A DNA stretch of 34,870 nucleotides from Deltaproteobacteria bacterium (lineage in GTDB: Bacteria > JAGRBM01 > JAHCIT01): assembly GCA_026129095.1 (NCBI GenBank), contig JAHCIT010000015.1, positions 1 to 34,870 of the forward strand. The letters run 5' to 3'. The notes beneath the pieces were generated by a model. That model was not told the origin of the DNA, did no database searches, and was given only the letters and a program-made list of their open reading frames with translations. Shown piece after piece: positions 15,950-26,900 of this stretch (position 1 is the first letter of the stretch; the number at the start of each line of letters is the position of its first letter). Both the position numbers and the translations under genes were made by a program.

Positions 15950-17203
15950 ATGGAATATGTTAACCCTGCCCGACCTTTGCTCATTTATCGGGTCATTGGC
16001 GGCGACTGGGTCTGGGGCGGCGCTCTGGCCGCCAACGCCAACAGGACAAAGGCCGACGAGGCCGCCGCGTGGGTAAAGTTCGCCTGGGATGGGGTTACGC
16101 AGGCGGAACCAGGTGAAATAGCCGGGAATATCCGGTCCATCGCCCTCGTTGCCGAAGGCGAGATCGAGATGGGCGTGGAAGGGCTCCGCCGGCCGAGACA
16201 AATCAACTACGTCCCCGGCCTCAAGATCCGCCTGATACCGGTGGCCACGGCCCACGCAGCGCCCGCGTTGGAAGCTTATCGGTCTGTCGTGGAACGCGGC
16301 GGATGGGCTCCCCCTGACGACACTCCAGCCCGAACGCTTTACCGTGCACTGGAGCGTGTTTCTCACAGCGCGGTCCACTCGAAAGAGGACGCCAACCGCG
16401 CCATGCGGCTCTCGAACGTGGCCTTTGAACGGGACGGCAGCGACATCCTCGTACTCACGACCGACGGCCACCGGCTCACGCTCCACCGGCTGGTGGGCTT
16501 TGCAAAGTACGTGAGCCGGTTACCGAAAGCCGATACGATCGTGCCCATCGCGGAGCTGAAAGCGCTCCTGCCGAAGCTGAAAACCGCCCGCAATGTCCAG
16601 ATCGACCTGTCCAGTCACGAGGGCGAACCGCAGGTCTATAATTACGGCTTCCAGGGGAGCTACGGCCCGGCGCTCGCCGATGCTTTTAGCGGCGCCATCG
16701 TCATCGATGGGGAGAGTTTTCATATCCCTGTTGTGAAGCACGAGTTTCTTGAATGGCGGCATGTTTTTCCGAAGCCTGAATGGAACGTGACGGTTGATTC
16801 TGGCGAACTGCTCGCCGCCATTTCGGACCTTTATGCCAGATGGTCCGAGACGATGAAAAACCGCCCCAAGCGCTCAGGGAAGAAAGAGCCTTCCGGGCGG
16901 CTCCAGTTCGACAGGAAGTCGGTACACATCGAGATCACGCCGGATATTCCGGATAAACCCGACACCTGCTCCGCCACTCTTTTGTCGTCCGGCATCAGCC
17001 AGAACCGGCCTGCGAGGTTTTACATGAACTTCCGGTACCTGAGGGACGCCTTGAGGCTGCTTCACGGACCGGTGGTGATCGCCGGCGAGAACGGCGGCAC
17101 GAACTCCATAGACGGCAATTCCTATCTCGTGAAGCCGGTAAGCCTTCTCGATCCTTCCGGACCTACCGAAATCCTCATCATGCCCATGCATCCGCCCCGC
17201 TAG
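15950..17203 (+). CDS. Protein with a DNA polymerase III beta-clamp-like C-terminal region
   Basis: LTTDGHRL, FLEWRHVFP, MNFRYLRDAL and ILIMPM parallel the ATDGHRL, YPDYxRVIP, FNxxYLLDAL and YxxMPM motifs of DnaN domains II-III; the N-terminus is unrelated. Confidence 0.7.
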   Translation: MEYVNPARPLLIYRVIGGDWVWGGALAANANRTKADEAAAWVKFAWDGVTQAEPGEIAGNIRSIALVAEGEIEMGVEGLRRPRQINYVPGLKIRLIPVATAHAAPALEAYRSVVERGGWAPPDDTPARTLYRALERVSHSAVHSKEDANRAMRLSNVAFERDGSDILVLTTDGHRLTLHRLVGFAKYVSRLPKADTIVPIAELKALLPKLKTARNVQIDLSSHEGEPQVYNYGFQGSYGPALADAFSGAIVIDGESFHIPVVKHEFLEWRHVFPKPEWNVTVDSGELLAAISDLYARWSETMKNRPKRSGKKEPSGRLQFDRKSVHIEITPDIPDKPDTCSATLLSSGISQNRPARFYMNFRYLRDALRLLHGPVVIAGENGGTNSIDGNSYLVKPVSLLDPSGPTEILIMPMHPPR

Positions 17204-17222
17204 AACGTAAAAGGAGTTCGCC

Positions 17223-17684
17223 ATGGAAGCCGCCGTCACTCCCGGAACCGTTTACTGGGTCCGGTGCGTCCTTGAGCGCCAGAAAGGCATCGGCGGCAAA
17301 CCCGCCGGACGGCTCTCCAACTCCCAGTCCGCTGTGAAGCTGCTGGAGTTCATCCGGAACACCGACCGGGAGCATATTGTCACGATCTCCCTCTCGACGA
17401 AGAACGAGCCGCTCGCCATCTCCGTCGAGGCGATCGGCAGCACGAACTCCGTAAAGTCCGGTCCTGCAGAGCTGTTCCGGGTGCCGATCCTTGCCGGGGC
17501 TGTCGGAATCATCATCGGCCACAACCATCCCTCCGGAGACCCCTCTCCGTCGTCCGCCGACCGGCTGTACACGCAGGACGTGGCTGCCTCGGCGAAGCTG
17601 CTCGGCATCAGGCTGATCGATCACATCATCGTCGCGCCGGGCAGCGCCTATTACAGCTTTCTGGACGAGGGGGCGCTGGCCTGA
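17223..17684 (+). CDS. radC: RadC-family JAB domain protein
   Basis: DREHIVTISLSTKN, GHNHPSGDPSPSSAD and LGIRLIDHIIV; RBS AAGGAG. Confidence 0.9.
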   Translation: MEAAVTPGTVYWVRCVLERQKGIGGKPAGRLSNSQSAVKLLEFIRNTDREHIVTISLSTKNEPLAISVEAIGSTNSVKSGPAELFRVPILAGAVGIIIGHNHPSGDPSPSSADRLYTQDVAASAKLLGIRLIDHIIVAPGSAYYSFLDEGALA

Positions 17685-17942
17685 AGCTCTTTCCCAACTG
17701 CCCGTTGGCAGACGTCTCCACACCGCTTTTCCTGCGGGCCCGAATTCCGGATTTCCCAAGGATATGGCTTCGTTACGGCCGACCCCATGCCTCTAGATAC
17801 CTGAAAACACCAAGAATTTCGTTGCTCCGAATCCCGCAGACTGATATATAAGCACCAGAGCCACACATCATCCGGCGGCAGAATGCCGCCAAACTGGCGT
17901 CCGGAAGCGGTGGGGACCGCTTCCGGTGGGGGAGTCTGGAAC

Positions 17943-20900
17943 ATGCGCCGTTTTTTGCCTGTTTTCGCGGGATTTCTGTCTGCCGGAATTTTCGTCCTTC
18001 CGCAAGCGGCTTCGGCCGATCCGGTCACGATTTCGATTGACGCTGGGGCCGACACATATGTCCGGAACGGTGCCGATAACACAAACGAGGGCGGGGCGGC
18101 ATTCTTGCGGATCCAGCAGTCCGGCAACAACCGTGCCTTGGTTCACTTTAGCCAAGTGGAACTCCAGGGCCCTCTACGCGGCCGCAACTTGATATCGGCC
18201 ACTTTAAAAGCGGATATCGTCCATAACGGAAACAATTGGGGGAGCACGGGACGGACGGTGGATGCCCACCGGATGCGTCAAGGTTGGTCCGAAGGAAATG
18301 GAAAAGTCGCGGGGATAAGTCCCAGCGACCGGGGCGATGGCCCGGGCGCCACATGGAACTGTGCCATTGACGCGAACATATCGAACCAAGCAAAAGACTG
18401 CACAGCCAATACCGCGTGGAACATGGGTGGCAGTGGCGAAAGACCGTGGGAACTGGTTCCCACCGGAACCGTCCTCATCCAGAACCAGCAGTCCGGCACG
18501 GTATCATGGGATGTGACGGCGGACGTGCAGGCATTTCTCGATGGCTCGGTCCCGAACCATGGTTGGCTGCTCCGCAAGACCAATGAAGGCCAGAGCGGCC
18601 TCGTGGAATTCGCGTCCAGGGAGAGCGGCAATCCGCCTAGTCTTGTGCTGGTGGTAGAAAACGCAATTTCACCGGAAGCGTCTGCCGTTATCGATGCGGA
18701 TACAGGCGGATGTATTGAAGTTGAAGACCCTCTCTCTCCCATAGTAGGGACGGGTATCTGCATTCCGCCGGGTGCGCTCGATGAAGATACAGAAATTTTT
18801 ATACGGGTGAGAAATGAAGATATCGTTCCCGATACGGAAGCATTCGATTGGACGCCCATTGGACCACCAGTAGAATTTGGTCCGGCTGGTCTGCTCTTCG
18901 ATATTCCTGCCGAGGTTCATCTCCGGTTTAGCATGATGGACCGGTTCCGTTTTGGAGGAACGGACGCCGAGATACACCTGCTGGGCCAGGAATCTCTTGG
19001 AGATACGCCATTTCTGGTCACAAGCTTTGATATCGACGAAGAAGATGAACTGATAACTTTTGATACCGGATCGTTCACTACCTTCCAGCCTTTCATTTTC
19101 TTCACTACAGCTGGACGGCCAGGGGCGTTCGCGGTTGGCGACCTGAACGGAGACGGCATTCAGGACATGGTGGTCGGAAGCGGCGGAGCAGTTATCGGAG
19201 ATGCCGACGGCCGGATAACAGTGTACCTTGGTAACGATGCCGATAATGACAGCAAGGGTGACGGTACGTTCTCAAGTTCCGAATATTTGTTGTCGGTCCT
19301 GCCTGTTCAGCGGACAGGCCCTGTCACCGGCGTAAACATTGCTGACTACACGGGCGATGGGATTCCTGACATCGCTGTCTACTATAATTCAATACTCTCC
19401 ACACCCGATAGTCATAAGGTACTGATCCGCATATTCAAGGGCCAGGATTCAAACAACGATGGATTTGGCGATGGGACATTTGAGCGAATAACCAACTGCG
19501 GAGGAACTCCTTATTATCTTACCGGTGACTGCGGGATCGGTGGATACGCAAACATGTCGGCCCAAATGGAAACCGCCGATATGAATAATGATGGGAAACC
19601 GGATCTTGTAATGTTAATGACAAACCAAAGTCCGGTCGTATATTGTGGAATGTGTAGCCCCAGGATCCACATGTACGTTATGTATAACGTTGGGACCGCG
19701 GCCAGGCTGTTTGCAGCCCCGGTTCGTCTCGACCGGTCATCGACGGATACTTCAGGGGCTCTCTACGGATGGCTGAGCCAGATACGCATAGCGGACTTCA
19801 ATGGCGATTCGAGGCCAGATATTGCAGCAATCAGCGTACCGAACAGTTCCATCCTGGAGATTTACCGGAATACCGGTGGCCGCGTCGACCTCGCCTGGAC
19901 CCAGCCCTTATGCCTGGCTCCTTTTGTTGGCAATACCTGCCCCAGCGGGCCCTTCGTCGGGTCGCCTGCCAATTTCGACGAATATGCCCCGCTGGACATA
20001 CTCACGACAGGCGGCATATTCCGTGGAAATGGAGATATCTCGTTTCAGCCACTTGAAAACCATTCTGGACTTACAATTAGCCCATTCTACGAAAGCGTTT
20101 CAGCGACCGGTCACATCAATCCGGATATGATACTGGATGTGGTTATTGGGAAAAAGCCAATTACAGTTCAGACCAACCCGTACAGGTATATCAATGCCCT
20201 TTCAGTTTTTATGGGAAATGAATCTTCAACCAGCCCCGGTATGGGTGATGCAAGTTTTCATTTCGATATAGATATAACGTACGGCTCCAACTTCAACCGG
20301 AAAGATATCCGGATTGCCGATTTCAATAACGACGGTTGCAATGATATAGTTTTGCTCAACGATCGGAACGCTCCCGCCGCATTTTTGCTTACGTTGAATG
20401 GGAGTACGGGCTGTGCGTTCGATGTACAGATAACGGTCTTCGAGGCTGACCCGGACATCGTGGCCCCCGGTGACACGTCTACTCTTTCTTGGGGCACCAT
20501 CAATGCGGATGCCTGCGAGATTCTGGCCGGCAGCGTCCTTCTGCATGTTCTGGATTCTGGTGAGCTGGCCGCCGGAAGTTTCGATGTATCCCCAAATGCT
20601 ACTACTACCTACACACTGACGTGCCAGGGACATAACGGGCCGGTGTCAGCCCAAGCGGAAGTCCGCGTGAACCGTCGGCCAGTAGGGACAATTCTTACCC
20701 CTGGCGGCGACGAACTGATCGCGGTCAGCGATGTTCTGGATTTTACGGCTAGCTGCATCGACCCCGACGGCGATACCGATCTGACGCACTCATGGCGGTT
20801 CAACGGGGCGGCACCGGACTCGTTAGTCCAGAATCCGGGGAGCATCCAGTTTGGCGAGACCGGTACGTACGTCATCACGTACATCTGCACCGACAGCTTT

Positions 20901-23900
20901 GGCTTTGGCAGCATTCCCTCGCAGCTGACTGCCATCGTCAACAGTCCGCCAGACGGAGTGATCAGCCTGCCAGCCGAACCAGTCGTGATCATTCCGGCCG
21001 GCGGCAGTATCGAGTTTACCGGCACATGCACGGATCCGGAAGACGACGTCCCGTTCGATCATCTCTGGACGTTCGGCGGTGGCGCTCCGGACTCCCTGTT
21101 GGAATCGCCCGGGCTGGTTGCCTTCGATTTTCCCGGCACATACCTGGTGACTTATTTGTGCATGGATGGCCTCGGTTTTGCCGATCCCGTTCCGGACACC
21201 CGGATGGTGATTGTCAATTCCCCGCCCGAAGGGGTCATTATTCAGCCCGATGGCGACCGCACGATCAGTGCTGGCGTTGCGCTGGATTTCGTTTCCAGCT
21301 GCACGGACCCCGATGACAGCCAGCCCTTCAGCCACCTGTGGGTGTTCAGTGGACCGGAGGATTTCACGTCCACCGACCAGGATCCGACAAATATCGTGTT
21401 CAATCTGACCGGCACCTATACGGTCACCTACATCTGCACTGATGGCTACGGTCTGAGCGATACGGACCCGCCGGGCATCCTGGTCACCGTCGAGGCTCCC
21501 GAGGCTGTGATAATCCGGTTCGAGATTTTTGAAAGCGGCCAGGGCTGCGCGCGGCTGGAATGGGAAACGGAGAACGCGGTCAGCTGCCAGATTACGAGCA
21601 GTCTTACCGGTGAACCGGACATGCCGTACAACATCCCCGATGACGGGCAGCATCTTGGCAATGTTAGCAGCGGCTCCCTTCCGGTTACACCCTGGGATGA
21701 CGTAACCTACGCGCTGACATGTCAGAACTCCGCAGGCCAGGCGGGGCAGTCCCATATTGCGCTGTTCAGCTCCAATGCCCAGCCGGGCATCCGGTATGTG
21801 CGGGCAAACCAGACCCTGCCATTGGACCGGCAGAACGGCAGGAGTTGGTGCACGGCTTACCGGCATATTTATGATTTACCACTACGCACGACAGGTAACC
21901 TGTATGACATGATGTGGATCGCCCGCGGCCGGTATACTGCCAGAATTCCCGACGGGATAATCGGGCCAACGAACCGAGTACCTCCGGTCCTAACAGCACA
22001 GGCGAATGTTGATGTTTACGGCGGGTTTATCGGCGACGAGACGCTGATTTCAGAACGTCCAGCGGTTCTGATCCCAGAGGTTGACGAAATTCCTGGCACT
22101 TGTCCGCTTGGCGATGAAGTCTACAACACCTCCGTAGTAACTTCACCAATGTTGCGGCCACAGTGTAATTGCAAATTTGCAGTCCGCAATAACGCGCTCC
22201 CGCTGTGGTCAGCTGCTACAGTTCTGGATGGAGATACATTCGACACTACACAGTTCGGTCCAGGCATTGAAGGTTGTGGGCTTATCGGTAACCTGGATAT
22301 CCATGATAGCGTTCATGTCGTGGAGATTCCCACTTTTGGGAATTTGCCGATTGTCACCCGACTCAATGGACTGGTAATTTCTGGAGGGGTCGCTCCAACA
22401 CCTGGTGGAATATCCGATACTGAGCCTTCTTCGCGAGGCGGCGGTGTGTACGTGGCACAAGGCAACGTGTTACGAGATGTTATATTCCGTGATTCGCTCG
22501 TTCTAGGCAATCATGCTGCAAGGGGTGGGGGAATTTGGGCCACAGGGAGTGGGCTTGTGATCGAAAACGTAGTTATACGAAATAATAGCGCAAGCTTCAG
22601 TGCCGGTGGATTGCTGAAACGTGGCGGTGCCGATAATAACAGAGATTTAATAATATCTGATAGTATATTTAGTTATAATTATGCCGATCAATTGGCTGGG
22701 GCAATCGAATTACAAAATCATAATAGTATCAGAGATTCTGTATTTTCATACAATCGTTCACAAGGCCAGGCTGGAGCGATTTTTGTAGAAGGATCTGCAA
22801 GAAACAGCGTCACCAATTCAGTATTCTTAGCGAACAAAGCTGCACGTGCCGGAATACCTTCTGGGGGTAACGGTGGTGCAATAAGTTTCGGAACAGCAAC
22901 TTATAGCCTCACGATAACAAATACCGCCTTCATTTTTAATGAAGCTTATTCTCAGGGAGGCGTCATCAATATTCCACTTCGGGCTTCAATAAACATACAT
23001 AACACGATTTTTTGGGGTAATAAGTTACTACGACCTCTTATTACCAGAGGAGACATAATATTTAGCGATGCGCAAACAAGCAACGTGAATATTTCCGGTT
23101 CATGCGCTACTTATTCCCATATCAGATTTCCACCAACCGGCGGCACGCCCTTTTCCAGCAGTTCTAATGTTGATATTTCATCACCAGCACAGAACCCGAT
23201 AGTTATTTCTGGAGATACATTTAGCCACCAGTCCGACCCGTTGAAAGTCTATCTCAAGCAAGACGGCAGCGATCCTGGAAGCGACTGCTTCAACGGCATC
23301 GCCGGGCTGGACTCTTCGGTCCACACAGAAATGGCGACTAATGCCGAGGCTGTCGGGCTCGTCTGGCAAAACCTCACGACGAACAGCGACCAGTCGACGG
23401 ACATGAGCCCGGTCGATCCAGGGGTGCATTATGTGCCTCAGGTGTCCGGAAGCGGCGCATTCTGGAGCCTCGCCTCGCTTACGGGACCGGAGGCACGGTT
23501 CGGGCATATTCTGGCTGATCCAGAGGGTGTCTTTGTCCTCTTTGGCGGCGAAAATGGAAATGGCGACCTGCTCGGAGATACATGGGAACTGGCTGATGGA
23601 ATCTGGACGGAAGTGGCGGGGGACGGCCCGCCGCCAAGAACCAAGCACGCCGCCGTCCACGACACCCTTCGAGACTCGATTATCATGTTCGGAGGACGGG
23701 GAACCGCCGGTACAAGCGGAGATACCTGGCTGTATGCCGATGGCGCCTGGCTGGAACTGTCAGTTACTGGCAATGTTCCGGACGCCCGCGAAGGTCATGC
23801 TCTCGCCTACGATGACAACCGGGATACCATCGTCCTGTTCGGTGGGATGGATGGCGGTAGCCGGTTCGGAGACACATGGGAACTCATCGAGTCCGCTGGA

Positions 23901-26900
23901 GACTGGGCATGGACTCCGGTGGACACATCTGCCTGTCCGGCGCAGCCGTCGCCACGGGACAATCATGCCCTCTCGTATGATGCCGCCGGTGGCGCGATCC
24001 TGCTTTTTGGCGGCCGTGACGATTCGGGTGCGCTGAACGATACATGGCATTTCGACGGCAGTTGCTGGTCGGAGCAATCGCCTGCCGGTTCTTCCCCCTC
24101 ACCCCGGTTCGGCCATGCGATGGCCCATGATTCCGCCGCCGGTGTCGTGATCCTGTTCGGCGGAGCCGGTGGCGGGCCGCTGACATGGGAATGGGACGGA
24201 ACCAGCTGGAACCCAACGCCTTCCACGGGCCCGGAACCCCGGCGGGATCACTCGATGGCATACGACGCGGCCCTGAACCGGACATTCCTGTTCGGCGGAA
24301 CAGAGCCCGGCGCCGCAGACGACCGGTTATATGGTGACACATGGAGCTATGGGGCCCGCAATCTGGAAATATTACATTTCGCAGCGAATCCCCGGACGAT
24401 ATTCCCCGGCGAGTCCGCAACCCTTGCCTGGCAGTGGATAAACGCAGACAGCTGCACCTTGGACGATGGGTCGGGGCCGGTGCCTTTGCTGGTCGGCAGC
24501 CCGCTCCCCGTCAGCCCCGCCACTTCGACGGCATATACCCTTGAGTGCGCGAATTCGGGTGGCAGTGTCTCCGCAACTGCCACGGTAACTGTGGATTACA
24601 ATGTAACGGTCCGTTCGTTTGCGGCATCGGCTGGGGTCATTTTGCCCGGAAACACAGCCGAGCTTTCCTGGCACGCAGCCAATGCCACTTCCTGTGAAAT
24701 CCTGCCCGCCGTCGGAATGGTCGATCCGCAGGGCGGTACAGCGACGGTTAGCCCCTCGGAGACCACGGTATATGAACTTGTTTGTGACGGGCCACAGGGC
24801 GGACCGGTATCGCAATTCGTCACCATCTCCGTCGCATTGCTGGACTGTGAACCCGGATTCGTCGATTTCGGACCGCTTCCCGTGGGCGAGCCCGCTCCGT
24901 CGGAAGTTATCACCTGCACCAACGTCAGCAGCGTGACGCTTGAAATCGATCTGGTGGCATCGCAGTTCCTGCAAGACGGCTCGGACTTCAGCATCATACC
25001 CCTTTCAGGATCCCCCCAGATTGCGCCGGGCGACGACCTCGTCCTGTCGGCCGATTTCACCCCGCAGCAAGGCGGGTACCGTCAGGCGCTTTTGATCATC
25101 GCATTCGAGGGCCATGCCGATAAGGTCATGGTCTCGCTTGCCGGGACCGGAGAGACGGATGAGTTTAATTCGCTCGTATGCGATGCCGAGACCATCTTTT
25201 TTGGTTCCGTCGTGGTCGGGGAGACCTCCGGCAGCATCATATGGACCTGCCAGAACCAGGGAACGGGCGATCTCACGATCGATCTTGATTCCATAGTCTC
25301 GACCGGCGATGTCGACGATTTCGATATCCTGACGACGAGCAGCCCGCCAGGAGAACCGATCGGTCCGGGCGAGATTTTCTATATCGACTGGATCTTCCAG
25401 CCAACTGAGGCCGGGCTCCGCTCCGCATCCGTTAGCTTCTCGTATCTGGAAAGCACGGCAGTAACGATGCTGCAGGCTTCGGGGACTGGTGTTGTACCTG
25501 ATGTCCAGATACTCAGTTTTACCGCATCTCCAGATGAGACCCTTTATGGCCAGGCTACTCAGCTTCTGTGGTACACGCAATATTCCCTTTCCACATGTAA
25601 TCTTTTCGATGGAGAAAGCATGATTTCTGTAAGTGCGGGCAATGACGTCGTCGAACAGATGGTTATCACTCCATTACGCACGACGACATACACCTTGACA
25701 TGCGATGGTCTCAACGGAATCTCCTCACAGCAGGCTCAGACCACCATTTCAATCGCCCCAGTATCGATTCTTGACTTTGTTACAAATCGCAGCCGGTTTC
25801 TGTTTGACGGCCCACCCACCATTGCTGAAGGCGAAACGGCCACGCTTTCCTGGCGAGCTTCGAGCGCCGCCTTCTGCCTGATTAACGGTAATTTGGCAGG
25901 TAGCGAACCGGTTGGGACATCGGAACAATCCCTGATTGTCCAGCCTTCAGGAAATACCCTGTATACACTCGAATGTCATGGGCCCGAAACAGTCGCTTAT
26001 TCGACTCTTCAAGTTAATGTCCGTGGTTTCGGTCCATCCAGGTACATCTCGGCCACCCCAATACCTGCCCGTGTCGACGTCATCCATACACTAGATGATG
26101 GTTCTTTCATCATCGCGGGAATGCTCCCCACAGGGACTCCGGTGGTATTTGGTCAAGGTCAGCCCAACGAAACCCTGATTCCGGCAGATGATGGCGGCAG
26201 GATATTCGTGGCTAAATATGATCCAAATCATACTTTTGAATGGATCGTGTATTCAAATTCACCCCAACATCCCTGGCATACTTCGTCCAGTAAAATCAGA
26301 GAATTAAGCGATGGATCATTTGTAATAGATGGACAATATATCGGACAGCTAATATTTAATGAAGGCACGGCGAATGAGTTTATCCTGCCATCATCAACAA
26401 TCCTAGAAACGTCAGTTTTTATAATCAATATAGCTTCAAATGGTGATCCAGTCTGGGGTGGATATATTCATGGAATTCCCAGCTCTGGAATTGGTCGAGC
26501 GAGCTATGACGTTGATTTAATCGATAATCTTCATGCTGTATTTTCGATAAGGTCAAATTCAAATTCCACTAACGTCGTCATCGGGACTACAAGCGGGGAC
26601 AACAGTTCCTATCAGATTTCTAATGGGCTTTACATGGTTCGTTTTGCCGTGGATGCCGTCGCATCGGTACCGCTGCTGCTGGCTACTGCCGATACCTTTG
26701 CGGAGACCGGTAGGTTATCCGTCGACATTCCGGACGATTCTGAAAGCATATATATTGCTAGCAACCTCACGCTGTCATCTGGTCAGTTCCCAGGAAACCC
26801 CGCTGTTTTCGGTCCAGGCAGCAACAATGAAATTGTAATAGACCCTCCGCCATTTCCTCACACAATCTCCCGAAAGGTTGTCTTGGCAAAATACGAACTG

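Larger units (their letters stand above)
899..17684 (+). mobile_element. Putative integrated tailless, internal-membrane provirus or virus-derived operon (jelly-roll capsid type); boundaries approximate
   Basis: About 22 co-oriented genes with ATGA/GTGA overlaps: XRE, transglutaminase-like, tail-anchored membrane proteins, capsid-like beta proteins, SLT, M15 peptidase, holin-like, spike-like, then DUF6573-like, beta-clamp-like and RadC cargo. No portal, terminase or tail genes; no att repeats found by eye. Confidence 0.72.

Noticed and set aside
15950-17203. Housekeeping dnaN
   Set aside because: Domain I is missing, the sequence is highly divergent, and there is no dnaA/recF/gyrB context.
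1029-17759. Numerous minus-strand and alternate-frame ORFs across the operon
   Set aside because: They overlap coupled plus-strand genes and have the Arg/Pro/Ser-rich composition typical of shadow frames.
17822-17890. Sigma70 promoter (TTGCTC-17-TATATA) and GGCGGCA-GAA-TGCCGCC hairpin before the giant gene
   Set aside because: The -10 box lacks the conserved final T and the hairpin is short; not supportable without transcript data.
771-17942. attL/attR direct repeats flanking the virus-like operon
   Set aside because: No convincing shared sequence between 771-898 and 17685-17942 by eye, and no tRNA or integrase nearby.
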